A stretch of 63,975 bases of DNA, counting the filler, from Acidimicrobiia bacterium (GTDB lineage Bacteria > Actinomycetota > Acidimicrobiia > Spongiisociales > SHLN01), in the NCBI GenBank assembly GCA_041619515.1. It is 3 parts of 3 records of this genome, joined end to end, with 100 filler letters (N's around TTAATTAATTAA, not from the genome) between each part and the next. Parts side by side here need not be neighbours in the genome. Positions count along the whole stretch, not along the records: positions 30,354 to 60,002 come from JBFKDW010000032.1; 2 more parts are not named here. The stretch is one strand, 5' to 3'. The position numbers were made by a program, and so were the translations under genes. This document shows positions 41,449 to 51,784 of this stretch, piece by piece (the stretch's first letter is position 1; each line of letters begins with the position of its first letter). The notes beneath the pieces were generated by a model. The model ran no database searches and was not told the origin of the DNA. It was given only the letters and a program-made list of their open reading frames with translations.

Positions 41449-43088
41449 GCCGGCTCCTCCTCGCGGGCGACGGTCAGGAACTGGTTGGCGTCTACGGTTC
41501 TCCACGGATCCGCTGTGCCGTCCGGCCACAGAATGCGGATGTCGGCACGTTCGGACGGTCCCAGCCCGAAATGGACCCATCCGAGCTGTCCGCCGGCGTG
41601 GCCGCCTCCGATCGTCAACTCTCGCTGCATCGTCTGCCCGCCGGCTCTGACTTCGATCCAGGCACCGATCGCGTCGCGGTTGGGGGTGGGCTGCTCGAGG
41701 TGGACCGCCACCCAGTTGCCCATGGGGATCGGCAAGGAGCCATCACCCCACCCCACGTTGCGCCACAGTTTGACGTTGTCCCGGCGGTTGACGTACACGA
41801 GGTCGAGCATCCCGTCGAGATTGAAGTCGACCAGGGCGGCGCCGCGGCTCCGCCCAAAATCGACGATCCCGGCCTCCGGCGCGCTCTCGACGAACGTGCC
41901 GTCGGCCTGGCCCAGCAAGAGGTTGTTGGGGTCGTTGACCGCGTACCCGGGGGTCTCCTCGACGTTGCCTTTCGAGATGAACAGGTCGATGAAGCCGTCG
42001 TTGTTGACATCCTGGAATTCGGGATGCCAGGCCGTCGACGGCAGGACGTCACCGCCGGCAAAGGGGCGGTGAGCGGTCGCCCCCCGCCGGATTGCGATGT
42101 CGCGGTAGTGGGGCCGGGCGGGCCCGTCGGTCAGGCTCTGCAGCTTGTTGTCGGCCTGGCTGGTCAGGAAGACCTCGGGAAACCCGTCGCCGGTGAGGTC
42201 GTGGCTGGCGATGCCCATGCCCCAGATCTGCATCTTCTCCCAGCCGGCATCCCTGGTATACGGGAAGGGCAGCTCTCCTTGGCGCATGTGCCACAACTGT
42301 TCCTCTCCGTCCCGGTAGTAGTGACGGTCGTTGGTCATCCGCAGCTCGGCGGCGCCGGACCGGTTCCAGTCGCTGAACAGAACCGAGAGCGTGCACCAGC
42401 CGGGCGCCAGATCGACGGCGTCGGCATAGCCGGTGCCGCCGGTCAGCGGCCGTATGAAGGCGTGGTCGGAGCATCCCCCGAATTGCCGGCCGTTCTCGTC
42501 CAGCTCGATGTAGTTGCCGAAGGCGAGGGTCGGGAGGGGGGCGCTGCCCTCCCACGTGGCGCTGAAGGCGGTGGTCCAGGCGGCTCCGCCGTCGAGCGAC
42601 CATGCCTCGTTGGCCCGCTCGAAGCGGCAATCGCCCAGGCCGCGCAGGATCACGTTCTCGCCGAGGCGCAGGACTGCCAGGTCTGTGATCCCGTCGCCGT
42701 CGACGTCGATCGGGTAGGCGCCCGTGACTCCCGTGAGATCGGTGCCTGCGGCGGGGATGTGCTCGAAGTCGAGGGCACCTCCAGCCGGGCTGGTGTTGCG
42801 ATAGAGGGCGGCCCGGTTGGCACCGCCCGCCAGGTAGAGGTCGGCCATGGCGTTGTCGTCACAATCGAACGCCGCCACGCCGCCGCCGACGAAGTAGGTG
42901 AACTCTCCGTCGTAGACGTGCTCGATGCCGGCGGCGGCGGCTTCTTCGATGAATCGAGGGGCGTCGAGAGCCCTTTCCAGCGTCCCGGCGCCCCCTACCC
43001 CGATCGCCACGGCAAGCACCCCGGTGCCCGCTACAGCCAGGACGGCACCGCCGGCCGCTGCGGCCCGGCCTGCTCTCAACTCAGCCAT
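41445..43088 (-). CDS. CRTAC1 / ASPIC-UnbV family FG-GAP repeat protein
   Basis: DVDGDGITDL, DVNNDGFIDL, DFNLDGMLDL; NRDAIGAWIEV...GGGHAGGQLGWVHFGLG. Confidence 0.88.
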   Translation of the reverse strand: MAELRAGRAAAAGGAVLAVAGTGVLAVAIGVGGAGTLERALDAPRFIEEAAAAGIEHVYDGEFTYFVGGGVAAFDCDDNAMADLYLAGGANRAALYRNTSPAGGALDFEHIPAAGTDLTGVTGAYPIDVDGDGITDLAVLRLGENVILRGLGDCRFERANEAWSLDGGAAWTTAFSATWEGSAPLPTLAFGNYIELDENGRQFGGCSDHAFIRPLTGGTGYADAVDLAPGWCTLSVLFSDWNRSGAAELRMTNDRHYYRDGEEQLWHMRQGELPFPYTRDAGWEKMQIWGMGIASHDLTGDGFPEVFLTSQADNKLQSLTDGPARPHYRDIAIRRGATAHRPFAGGDVLPSTAWHPEFQDVNNDGFIDLFISKGNVEETPGYAVNDPNNLLLGQADGTFVESAPEAGIVDFGRSRGAALVDFNLDGMLDLVYVNRRDNVKLWRNVGWGDGSLPIPMGNWVAVHLEQPTPNRDAIGAWIEVRAGGQTMQRELTIGGGHAGGQLGWVHFGLGPSERADIRILWPDGTADPWRTVDANQFLTVAREEEPA

Positions 43089-44979
43089 CGATGGAGCCGT
43101 CGTAGTAGAGCCGCGCCATTGCCCAGGCGTCCTCACCGATGGCTGCTCCCATTATCCGACCCGCCAGATCGTCGGCCCGGACGTGAATGCCCCCGTAGAG
43201 CCTCGAGATGCCCGCCTGATCGGAAGCGTCGGCGTAGCTCGCCCACTGCAGCGTGATGTCGGTGGCGGGCCCGGCCTCGAACTCGAGCGACCCTGCCGGG
43301 ATCGTCCATTTCCCGAGACCGTCCGGGAAATACGGGCTGCCGGTGAATCCGGCCAGAACCTCGGCGGCCGCCCGGCTGAACGTGCTGTGTCCGGACACGT
43401 AGCCGGCGAACGCCGGCGTCACGAACGTGGGCTTCTGGTAGGGGACCCAGTCGTCGGCCAGGATCCAGTCGACGCCCGATATGTCGTTCTCGGCGTCGAG
43501 CGGGGTTCCCGACCAGGCTCGGATGGCGATGCGTCCGACCGAGTCGGCCAGGTGGGCGTGGCGCTCACCAACGGCGCTGCTTTCCGGTGTGACGACTTCG
43601 ACGAGGCCGGGCTCGAGCGGGAGCCCGTCGGGGTGGTAGCTGGGCCCGAGCGGGTCGCTCGATTGTCCGAGGCCGCCCATGTAGCGGATCATCGATATCG
43701 GACGGGTGTAGTCGTAGTAGCCCTTCGCTCCCCAGGCGGCCACGGCGGCGTCGTGAGTGGCGCCGTTGAGGGCCAGATAGAGCTTGACGTCCCACTCGAG
43801 TCGATCGACCGGCGCCCCGGTGCCTTCGATCCGCAAATCGGTGCCCCGGTCGTCTGAGATGGCATTGGCGAGCGTGTTCCAGTGGCCGGGAGGGGTCTCC
43901 GAGTCGGGGCCATCGGCCCAGAACTCGGCCAGCGCCCGGCCGAAGTCGGCCTGGTTGACGATGGTCGGCTCGTAGGGCTCACCGGTCACGGGGTTGACCT
44001 CGTACCCGCTCCCGTCGTAGGTGCCGAGCGGGTTCGCTCCCATCGCTGCCGGCGAGATGTCGATGCTGACGCCGTCGGCGGGGTCGAGCAGGCTGCTGTA
44101 GCGAATCACCTCCACCGCCGAATCCTTGAAGGCCTGGTCGGTCTGCGGGTCACCCAGGTAGGGGGGATCCCCCGGATCCATTGGCAGACCATCGGGGCCG
44201 CCGTCGGGGAGGGCGAAGCCGTCGACATGGCCCCAGTGGGGGTCGATGAACTCCTGAGAGGCGTTTTCGACAGGGATCCCGTTCTGGGAGATCATCTGCT
44301 CCAGCTGCAGAGGCTGCCATCGGTTCGGGTCGCGCATTCGCACCCGCGACGCCTTGACCACCAGCGGAGGATTGACGGGGGCGTAGTCGGGATCCACATA
44401 GCCCTCCGCTTCCTGCGATCCGTCGGCCGGGGTTGTTTCGAGGATGGTGGCCGCAATCCGGTTGCCGAAGGCGGCCGGGTCGTCACCATCTGTGCTGATG
44501 AAGTCGATCGGATAGCACAGCGACTCCATGAGGGCATCGATCTCCGTGATGGTGTCGACCGCTCCGACGGAATCGAGGTAGCGAGCGTCGAGGATGCGAT
44601 AGGCGGCGTAGCTGATGGCTTCGGCTCTGGCGGCGGCAACACCCGAAGCGGTGTGCTTCTCATCGACGAAGTATCCGGCTGCGACCGGGTCGTAGGCGGC
44701 CCAGGCGTCCCACATTGCCGCCGAAGTATGGAAGAGATTGCGGGCGTGCACGGTCGGGGCGGGGACGTCGCGGCGGATGGCGTTGAGCAGCGCCTCATTC
44801 CAACGGCGGGCCACCGACCACTCGGCATGGTCGGTGGGCCCCGGGCAGGCGGGGGTGCCCGACCGGTCCCCGAGCGCGAGGAACAGCCCGCCGGCGGCAA
44901 CGAGCACGACGAGGAGGGCGCCGGCGATGACGGCGGGACTCCGCGGTCTGGAGTTCAGGGGTACCTCTCCGATTGCCAC
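43081..44979 (-). CDS. Vanadium-dependent haloperoxidase-family protein, membrane-anchored or secreted (start uncertain)
   Basis: KGYYDYTRP, PAFAGYVSGHSTF, SRLYGGIH vanadate-binding motifs; N-terminal TM. Confidence 0.85.
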   Translation of the reverse strand: MAIGEVPLNSRPRSPAVIAGALLVVLVAAGGLFLALGDRSGTPACPGPTDHAEWSVARRWNEALLNAIRRDVPAPTVHARNLFHTSAAMWDAWAAYDPVAAGYFVDEKHTASGVAAARAEAISYAAYRILDARYLDSVGAVDTITEIDALMESLCYPIDFISTDGDDPAAFGNRIAATILETTPADGSQEAEGYVDPDYAPVNPPLVVKASRVRMRDPNRWQPLQLEQMISQNGIPVENASQEFIDPHWGHVDGFALPDGGPDGLPMDPGDPPYLGDPQTDQAFKDSAVEVIRYSSLLDPADGVSIDISPAAMGANPLGTYDGSGYEVNPVTGEPYEPTIVNQADFGRALAEFWADGPDSETPPGHWNTLANAISDDRGTDLRIEGTGAPVDRLEWDVKLYLALNGATHDAAVAAWGAKGYYDYTRPISMIRYMGGLGQSSDPLGPSYHPDGLPLEPGLVEVVTPESSAVGERHAHLADSVGRIAIRAWSGTPLDAENDISGVDWILADDWVPYQKPTFVTPAFAGYVSGHSTFSRAAAEVLAGFTGSPYFPDGLGKWTIPAGSLEFEAGPATDITLQWASYADASDQAGISRLYGGIHVRADDLAGRIMGAAIGEDAWAMARLYYDGSIDG

Positions 44980-45032
44980 CAGGATCGTATCAAGGTATCG
45001 GGTTTCCGGTATCGGTCCAATGGGACTTGCGT

Positions 45033-45053
45033 AGTTTGTCGGTTGTTCATACT
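45033..45053. promoter_or_regulatory. Candidate ROK/XylR-type operator
   Basis: AGTTTG-N9-CATACT imperfect palindrome in the divergent intergenic region. Confidence 0.4.
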
Positions 45054-45114
45054 CTTCGGCCCGCACGCGACTACGGTCGTGCACCTTATCTTTTCCAAAC
45101 GGAGGAAAGCACTC

Positions 45115-46209
45115 ATGAGACGATGGGCAAGACTGCTGGTCCTGGTCGTAGCGTTCGCGATGATCGCGACCGCCTGCGGCGACGACTCCAGCGACACCAC
45201 CGCTGGCGGCGGTGGAACGGATACCACGGCAGGAGGGGACGGGGACTTCACGGTCGGCGTTTCCTGGAACAACTACAACGAAGAGCGCTGGGCCAAGTCC
45301 GACGAGCCGGCGATCAAAGCCGCCCTCGACGCCGCCGGCGTCGCCTACGTCAGCACCGACGCCGGTTCCTCAGCCGAACAGCAGCTTGCCGACGTCGAGC
45401 AGCTGATCTCACAGGGAGCCGACGCCCTCATCATCCTCGCCCAGGACGGCACCGCCATCCTGCCGGCGGTGCAGAGTGCGCTCGACCAGGGCATACCGGT
45501 CATTGCCTACGACCGCCTCATCGAGGATCCACGCGCCCTCTACATCACGTTCGACAATGTGGAAGTGGGACGGATGCAGGCCCGGGTCATCTTCGATCTG
45601 GTCCCGGCGGGCAATTACGTGTTCATCAAGGGCAACGCCGCCGACGCCAACGCCGACTTCTTGCGCGGCGGCCAGCAGGAGGTCCTGCAGGCGGCGATCG
45701 ACAGCGGCGACATCGTCAACGTCGGTGAGTCCTACACCGACAACTGGGATCCGGCGGTTGCTCAGACCAACATGGAGCAGTTTCTGACGGTGAACGACAA
45801 CGACGTCGACGCGGTTGTCGCCTCCAACGACGGAATGGCGGGCGGCGTCGTCGCCGCTCTCGAGGCCCAGGGTCTGGCCGGTATCGTGCCGGTGTCCGGA
45901 CAGGACGGCGATGCCGCCGCCCTCAACCGGGTCGCCCTCGGCACCCAGGCGGTGTCGGTGTGGAAAGACGCTCGTGAGCTCGGGAAGGCAGCCGGCGAAG
46001 CGGCCGCCGAACTCGCCAAGGGCACGCCTCTCGGCAGCATCGCCGGCACCGTCCAATTCGATTCCCCCGGCGGGAACTCGATGACGTCGATTCTGCTGGC
46101 GCCGATTCCGATCACTCAGGACAACCTTGATGTGGTCCTCGACGCCGGTTGGATCGATGCGGCCACGCTCTGCCAGGGCGTTGCTGCCGGCAGCGTCGGC
46201 GGCTGCTAG
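45115..46209 (+). CDS. xylF: Monosaccharide ABC substrate-binding lipoprotein (XylF-like)
   Basis: GGAGG RBS, lipobox ATAC, EERW, VIAYDRLI, ASNDGMAGG, VSGQDGD. Confidence 0.85.
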   Translation: MRRWARLLVLVVAFAMIATACGDDSSDTTAGGGGTDTTAGGDGDFTVGVSWNNYNEERWAKSDEPAIKAALDAAGVAYVSTDAGSSAEQQLADVEQLISQGADALIILAQDGTAILPAVQSALDQGIPVIAYDRLIEDPRALYITFDNVEVGRMQARVIFDLVPAGNYVFIKGNAADANADFLRGGQQEVLQAAIDSGDIVNVGESYTDNWDPAVAQTNMEQFLTVNDNDVDAVVASNDGMAGGVVAALEAQGLAGIVPVSGQDGDAAALNRVALGTQAVSVWKDARELGKAAGEAAAELAKGTPLGSIAGTVQFDSPGGNSMTSILLAPIPITQDNLDVVLDAGWIDAATLCQGVAAGSVGGC

Positions 46210-46229
46210 CGAGTTAACGACGAATGATT

Positions 46230-46274
46230 GACGAACGCCGCTTCCACGGGAAAACCGCGGAAGCGGCGTTCGTC
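46230..46274 (+). terminator. Long intercistronic stem-loop (mRNA stabiliser or partial terminator)
   Basis: GACGAACGCCGCTTCC...GGAAGCGGCGTTCGTC, 16-bp perfect stem between binding-protein and permease genes. Confidence 0.75.
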
Positions 46275-46299
46275 GTTCGGCTCTAAGGTTGTACCGGAA

Positions 46300-47625
46300 A
46301 TGACTGAATTGACCACCGCACCTCCGGAGCAGATCGAGCCACCGGCCGGGGGTGAAGCGGCGGGCGGATCGGTCGGCTCGCTCCTGCAGAGGATGGAGAT
46401 CGACACCCGGCTTCTCGGCATGCTCGGAGCCCTGGCGGTCATCTGGATCGGATTCCACGTCTGGTCGGGCGGGACCTTCCTCACCCCTCGCAACCTGTGG
46501 AACCTCTCGGTGCAGACATCCGCCGTCGCCATCATGGCAACCGGGATGGTGCTCATCATCGTCTCTCGCAACATCGACCTCTCGGTCGGTTCGATGCTGG
46601 CCGTGGTCGGAATGGCCATGGCGCTGCTGCAAGCGGAGATCCTCCCCGACTGGCTCGGTTTTGACCACCCGCTGACGTGGGTGATCACGCTCATTCTCGG
46701 CATCGCCTTCGGAGCGCTGCTGGGAGCATTTCAGGGGGCCATCGTGGCCTACGTCGGGGTTCCTTCGTTCATCGTCACCCTCGGTGGATTGCTCGTATGG
46801 CGCGGGGTTGCCTGGTGGATGGCCAGCGGCCGGACCATCGCCCCGATGGATTCGACGTTTCAACTGTTCGGTGGAGGCTCCCGCGGCACGATCGGCGGGG
46901 GCTGGAGCTGGCTCGTCGGCCTCGCCGCCGCCGCCGGGATCGTTGGTCTGCTGGTCAACAATCGACGGCGGCGCCGTCGATTCGGTTTCGGCCTGCGGCC
47001 GCTCTGGGCGGATGCGAGCCTCGGGGTGGTGGGGGTCGGCATCGTCCTCGGCGCCGTCGGCTACCTCAACCGCTACTACCTGCCCGAGCGGCTGGCCATG
47101 CAGCGCTACGAGGACAAGGGTCTGGCATTTCCTGAGGGCGGGGTGAACATCTCGCTGGGATTGGCCAATCCGGTGATGATTGCGATTCTCGTGGCCCTGG
47201 CCATGACGTTCATTGCAACTCGCTTGAGTTATGGCCGCTACGTGTTCGCCATCGGCGGCAACCCCGAAGCGGCCGAGCTGGGGGGCATCAAGACTCGTTT
47301 CACGATCGTCAAGACCTTCGCCCTGATGGGGGTGCTGGTCGCCATCGCTGCCGCTATTCAAATCGCCCGTCTCAACGCGGCGGTGAGCGGCCTCGGCACG
47401 CTTTCCGAGCTCTACGTCATTGCCGCGGCAGTGATCGGCGGGACTTCCCTATCGGGAGGAATCGGGACCATTCCGGGGGCGATTCTGGGGGCCCTCGTCA
47501 TGCAGTCGCTCCAATCGGGCATGGTGTTGGTGGGCGTGGACGCGCCGCTGCAGGACATTGCCGTCGGCGTGGTGCTCGTGGTAGCGGTCGCCATCGACAC
47601 CTTCTATCGAAAGAGGTCGACCTGA
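46300..47625 (+). CDS. xylH: Sugar ABC permease (XylH-like)
   Basis: [45 protein letters not shown]. Confidence 0.88.
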   Translation: MTELTTAPPEQIEPPAGGEAAGGSVGSLLQRMEIDTRLLGMLGALAVIWIGFHVWSGGTFLTPRNLWNLSVQTSAVAIMATGMVLIIVSRNIDLSVGSMLAVVGMAMALLQAEILPDWLGFDHPLTWVITLILGIAFGALLGAFQGAIVAYVGVPSFIVTLGGLLVWRGVAWWMASGRTIAPMDSTFQLFGGGSRGTIGGGWSWLVGLAAAAGIVGLLVNNRRRRRRFGFGLRPLWADASLGVVGVGIVLGAVGYLNRYYLPERLAMQRYEDKGLAFPEGGVNISLGLANPVMIAILVALAMTFIATRLSYGRYVFAIGGNPEAAELGGIKTRFTIVKTFALMGVLVAIAAAIQIARLNAAVSGLGTLSELYVIAAAVIGGTSLSGGIGTIPGAILGALVMQSLQSGMVLVGVDAPLQDIAVGVVLVVAVAIDTFYRKRST

Positions 47626-48419
47626 TGACCGTTGAGGCGCAAACCCGGACTCCTCTGGTCGAGATGCGCGACATCCGGGTTGCATTCGGCGGTGTCCACG
47701 CCGTCGACGGTGTCACCATCAACCTCTTTCCGGGCGAGGTGGTTGCTCTGGTCGGAGGCAACGGTGCCGGCAAGACCACACTCATCAAGACGCTGTCCGG
47801 GGCTCACAAGTGCGACTCCGGGCAGATCTACGTGAACGGGAAACCCGTTGCCATCAGCACGCCCCGTGACGCGAAGGAATACGCCATCGAGACCATCTAC
47901 CAGACGCTGGCGCTGGCCGAGAACATCGACGCGCCCTCCAACATGTTCCTCGGGCGCGAGCTCAAGACCCGGTTTGGAACGCTCGACGACTCGGCGATGG
48001 AGTCGGCCGCCCGCGAGGTCATGGGAAGGCTCAACCCGAAATTCAAGAATCTCAAGGTGCCGGTCGCCTCACTATCGGGTGGACAGCGCCAATCGGTCGC
48101 CATTGCCCGGGCGGTCCACTTCAACGCCAAGATCCTCATCATGGACGAGCCGACCGCTGCCCTCGGTCCTGCCGAGACCGAGCAGGTCAACGAGCTGATC
48201 ACGCAGCTCAAAGCCGAGGGGATCGGCATCTTCCTGATCAGTCACGACATCCACGACGTCTTCGACCTGGCCGACCGCATCAGCGTCATGTCGCAGGGCA
48301 AGCTGGTGGGCACCGTGAACAAAGAGGAGGTCACGAAGGACGAGGTCCTCGCCATGATCATCATGGGAATCCCGCCCGGCCAGGCAACCAAGTCCGATCT
48401 AGAACACCTGCACGACTAG
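47625..48419 (+). CDS. xylG: Sugar ABC ATP-binding protein (single domain)
   Basis: [22 protein letters not shown]. Confidence 0.85.
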   Translation: MTVEAQTRTPLVEMRDIRVAFGGVHAVDGVTINLFPGEVVALVGGNGAGKTTLIKTLSGAHKCDSGQIYVNGKPVAISTPRDAKEYAIETIYQTLALAENIDAPSNMFLGRELKTRFGTLDDSAMESAAREVMGRLNPKFKNLKVPVASLSGGQRQSVAIARAVHFNAKILIMDEPTAALGPAETEQVNELITQLKAEGIGIFLISHDIHDVFDLADRISVMSQGKLVGTVNKEEVTKDEVLAMIIMGIPPGQATKSDLEHLHD

Positions 48420-48434
48420 ACGGTCGGTTGGGCG

Positions 48435-49154
48435 TTAGTCGGCTTCCTTGATGCTCCGCATCGACCACAGGAGCGTGCGCATCGAACGCGGTTGTTTGAG
48501 GACGGTGACGACCGCCGCGGCCACGTCCTCGGCGTTCATCATGTCGGCCAAGCCGGGCATGTCCGGCGTACGGCCTGCCCCCATGGCGAACTCGGTGGCA
48601 GTTCCACCGGGAGCCAGCGTGCTGACCCGGATGTTCTTGTCCCGCAGCTCGCGATCGAGGCCGCCCGCCAGGCCGACCTGTGCGAACTTGGTAGCCGCGT
48701 AGACCGCCTCGTCGCCGGCTCCCCGCAGTCCCGCCACGGAAGCGACGATGACGATGTCCCCGCTTCCAGCTTCGAGGAAATGGGGAACCGCCGCCCGAAT
48801 CGGCCAGACGGTGCCGGCGATGTTTATGTCCATCATGTCGGCGAGTTGGTCGTCGGTGAGGTCCATGATGCCGCCGTATGCTCCGATACCCGCGTTGGCC
48901 ACCAGGGCGTCGAGCCGACCGAACTTCACGATCGCTTCTTCGACGAGGCGCCGTGAGTCCGCAGGCGTCCGAACGTCCATCTCCACCACCGCCGCCCTGT
49001 CGCCGAGTTCGGCGGCGAGCTCGTTGAGGCGCTCGCGGCGGCGCGCTCCCAGCACTACGGCAGCCCCTTCGGCCACCAGAGCCTTGGCCGTGGCCGCTCC
49101 GATGCCGGCGCTCGCGCCGGTAATGGCCACAGTGATATCGGTCAGGTCCCGCAT
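48435..49154 (-). CDS. SDR-family oxidoreductase
   Basis: TGASAGIG, ANAG, YAATK. Confidence 0.93.
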   Translation of the reverse strand: MRDLTDITVAITGASAGIGAATAKALVAEGAAVVLGARRRERLNELAAELGDRAAVVEMDVRTPADSRRLVEEAIVKFGRLDALVANAGIGAYGGIMDLTDDQLADMMDINIAGTVWPIRAAVPHFLEAGSGDIVIVASVAGLRGAGDEAVYAATKFAQVGLAGGLDRELRDKNIRVSTLAPGGTATEFAMGAGRTPDMPGLADMMNAEDVAAAVVTVLKQPRSMRTLLWSMRSIKEAD

Positions 49155-49186
49155 CGTCGGTTACTCCTTCGGTTGTCGTCTGAAAT

Positions 49187-50149
49187 CTAGGCAGTGGTGA
49201 GTATCGCCTCGATCGCTTCCATGTTGGCGATGGCGTCGTCGACGCCAACCGGCACGGCCGTGTCGTTGAGGATGGCCTGGGCGAAGAGCTCGGCCTGAAT
49301 CGTGTACTGGTCGACGGCCGCGAACGTCACGGTCTCGGTTTCTCCCCCGCGGCTAACGAAGATCCTCGTCTCCCGGTCGGGCGGGATGTTGAAGGGGATC
49401 TCGATATCGATGCGGCCGGTGCTGCCGACGATGTGGACGCGCTGGTATTCCTCGGCGCGAGTGGAACAGGTGAAGGTGGCGTGGCCGGCGGGGAACTCGA
49501 GCACGGCCGAAGTGAGGATGTCGATTCCCATCACCGGGTCGCGACGCACCGCAGCCTCGACCCGTACGGGCTCTGCGGCGAACAGCATTCGGGAGAGGTT
49601 GATGTTGTAGCACCCGATGTCCATGAGAGCGCCACCGCCGTTCTCCACCCGATTGCGGATGTTGTCCGGGTCGTCGTTGTAGTAGCTGAACCAGCTCTGC
49701 ACGGCCTGGAGCGAGCCGATCGCCCCGCTGTTCACGAGCCGCACCGCCTCCACCCAGGTCGGATGGTGGCGATACATGAACGCCTCGGCCAGCTTCACCC
49801 CGGCGTCCTCGCAGCTGCGCGCCATCTCTTCTGCCTCGGCGGTGTTCATGCCGAGTGGCTTCTCGCACAGCACGTGCTTGCCCGCTGCCGCCGCCTTCAT
49901 GGTCCACTCGGCGTGCAGGTCATTCGGGAGCGGAATGTAGACGGCGTCGACGTCGTCGGCGGCCAGCAGTGTCTCATAGCTGCCGTAGGCGGCCGGGATG
50001 CCCAGCTGCGCGGCGGCCTCCGTTGCCCGGTTGGCGTTGCGTGAGGCAATCGCCACCACGTCGCAGTTGGCGGCAGCCTGAATGGCGGGTGTGACCTTGG
50101 CCATGCCGATGTCGGCGGTGCTGAGGACTCCCCAGCGCACGTTGCTCAT
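49187..50149 (-). CDS. Gfo/Idh/MocA oxidoreductase
   Basis: WGVLSTADIG, GKHVLCEKP, GGALMDIGCY. Confidence 0.93.
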   Translation of the reverse strand: MSNVRWGVLSTADIGMAKVTPAIQAAANCDVVAIASRNANRATEAAAQLGIPAAYGSYETLLAADDVDAVYIPLPNDLHAEWTMKAAAAGKHVLCEKPLGMNTAEAEEMARSCEDAGVKLAEAFMYRHHPTWVEAVRLVNSGAIGSLQAVQSWFSYYNDDPDNIRNRVENGGGALMDIGCYNINLSRMLFAAEPVRVEAAVRRDPVMGIDILTSAVLEFPAGHATFTCSTRAEEYQRVHIVGSTGRIDIEIPFNIPPDRETRIFVSRGGETETVTFAAVDQYTIQAELFAQAILNDTAVPVGVDDAIANMEAIEAILTTA

Positions 50150-50158
50150 GCGATCCTC

Positions 50159-50572
50159 CTATTCGGTATCGATGACCGCCGCGCCCAGGCGGGCCAGCGC
50201 CACGTCTTCTGCTTCCGGCAACCCGCTCACTCCGACCGCCCCAACCACTGCACCGGCCTGGAGCACCGGCACGCCGCCCCCCCAGGCCGTGTAGCGCAGG
50301 TCGCCGAAGTTGGTCATCGGGAACCCCTCGGTTCGTGACCGCTCGCCGATCACCCCCGACTCCACGCCTTCGCGGGCGGCGGTGAATGCCTTGTGAATGG
50401 CGTTGTTGATCGAGGCCAGTGGGCACCCGTCTGTGCGCAGCAGGGAGATCAGCTCACCGTGAGGATCGACGACGGCCACCGCTGCGCCCGCCCGGCGCTC
50501 GTCGAGCACGGCGCGGACGGCCTCGATGATCTGCTGGGCCTGGTGGTGGCTGAGCTCGGTTCGTACCGGCAT
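50159..50572 (-). CDS. GlcG/HbpS-family heme-binding protein
   Basis: VAVVDPHG, AIHKAFTA, GGGVP...VGAVGVSG. Confidence 0.88.
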   Translation of the reverse strand: MPVRTELSHHQAQQIIEAVRAVLDERRAGAAVAVVDPHGELISLLRTDGCPLASINNAIHKAFTAAREGVESGVIGERSRTEGFPMTNFGDLRYTAWGGGVPVLQAGAVVGAVGVSGLPEAEDVALARLGAAVIDTE

Positions 50573-50587
50573 GAGGTTGCTCCTTGG

Positions 50588-51763
50588 CTAGTCGAGAAGG
50601 GCGGGCTTCCAGGCACCGCCGGCGGCGCTGGAGGCCATGACGGCGTCGACGAACTTCACCCCGCGGGCGCCGTCGCCGACATTGGGAAACTGCAGGGCCA
50701 GCGGATCGGCGGAGCCACCGGTGCGCCGGGCGGCAATCGCCTCGGCGGCGTCGGAGTAGAGGTTGGCGAAACCCTCGTGGAACCCCTCCGGGTGGCCGGC
50801 GACGATACGGCTGGCACGGGCTGCCAGCGGGAGGGTGCCGGGGCCGTTGGGCGTCCGGATCTCGGCGGGCCCGTTCAACGGCCGGAAGACCAGTGTGGTG
50901 GGGCTTTCCTGCTGCCATTCGAGCGTCCCACCCGTCCCGGACACGCGAACGCGCAGGCAGTTCTCGACCCCGGCCGCCGCCTGCGTCACCCAGAAGCTGC
51001 CCCGGGCGCCGCGCTCGAAGCGAAGGAGAGCACCGGCGTAGTCGTCGACGAGCCGATTGGGGACGATGCGACCCACTTCGGCGGCCACTTCCGCCACCTC
51101 GAGGCCGGTGATGAACCGCACCAGATTATGGGCGTGGGTCCCGATATCGCCCATCACGAGCGACGGCCCGCCCCGGACCGGGTCGTACCGCCACGGAAGC
51201 TCCTTGCCCGGTTCGGGATCGTCCTCAGATGCTTTCCCGCCCTGCACGTACTCGACCTGGACGAGGCGGATCTCACCCAGCAGGCCCTCTTGCACCATGG
51301 CGCGGGCCTGGCGCACCATCGGATAGCCCGTGTAGTTGTGGGTCAAACAGAAGATGAGGCCGGTCTCCTCGACCTTGGTGAGCACCTCGAGTGCTTCGGC
51401 CAGGGTGTTGGTGATCGGCTTGTCGCTGATCACGTCGAAGCCGTGCTCGAGTGACGCCATCGAGAGCTGATGGTGGCTGTCGTTCGGCGTCATGATGGCG
51501 ACGACCTCGGCGCCGTCGGCCCGCCGGGCCTCCGTCTCGATGAGCGCCAGCCCGTCCCCGTAGCCGCGGTCGATGTCGAGGGCGCCGGCGGCGGCACGCG
51601 ATCGTTCTGGGTCCGACGACAGGGCACCCGCCACGATTCGATACCGATCATCGAGGCGGGAGGCGGTTCGGTGCATGGCGCCGATGAAGCTGCCCGGACC
51701 CCCGCCGATGACGGCAAGCCGCAAGCGGCGGCCGAGCATCTCGATTACCGGGTTCCTGTCCAA
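50588..51763 (-). CDS. Gfo/Idh/MocA oxidoreductase
   Basis: GGGPGSFIGAMHR, ISDKP, THNYTGYPMV, GDIGTH, GHPEGF. Confidence 0.92.
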   Translation of the reverse strand: MDRNPVIEMLGRRLRLAVIGGGPGSFIGAMHRTASRLDDRYRIVAGALSSDPERSRAAAGALDIDRGYGDGLALIETEARRADGAEVVAIMTPNDSHHQLSMASLEHGFDVISDKPITNTLAEALEVLTKVEETGLIFCLTHNYTGYPMVRQARAMVQEGLLGEIRLVQVEYVQGGKASEDDPEPGKELPWRYDPVRGGPSLVMGDIGTHAHNLVRFITGLEVAEVAAEVGRIVPNRLVDDYAGALLRFERGARGSFWVTQAAAGVENCLRVRVSGTGGTLEWQQESPTTLVFRPLNGPAEIRTPNGPGTLPLAARASRIVAGHPEGFHEGFANLYSDAAEAIAARRTGGSADPLALQFPNVGDGARGVKFVDAVMASSAAGGAWKPALLD

Positions 51764-51784
51764 CCTCGCCCTCCGGCCCTCACG

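Noticed and set aside
39634..47361. Long antisense or alternate-frame ORFs (812, 561, 650 aa and similar elsewhere)
   Set aside because: Shadow ORFs typical of high-GC DNA, opposite well-supported genes, with no recognisable motifs
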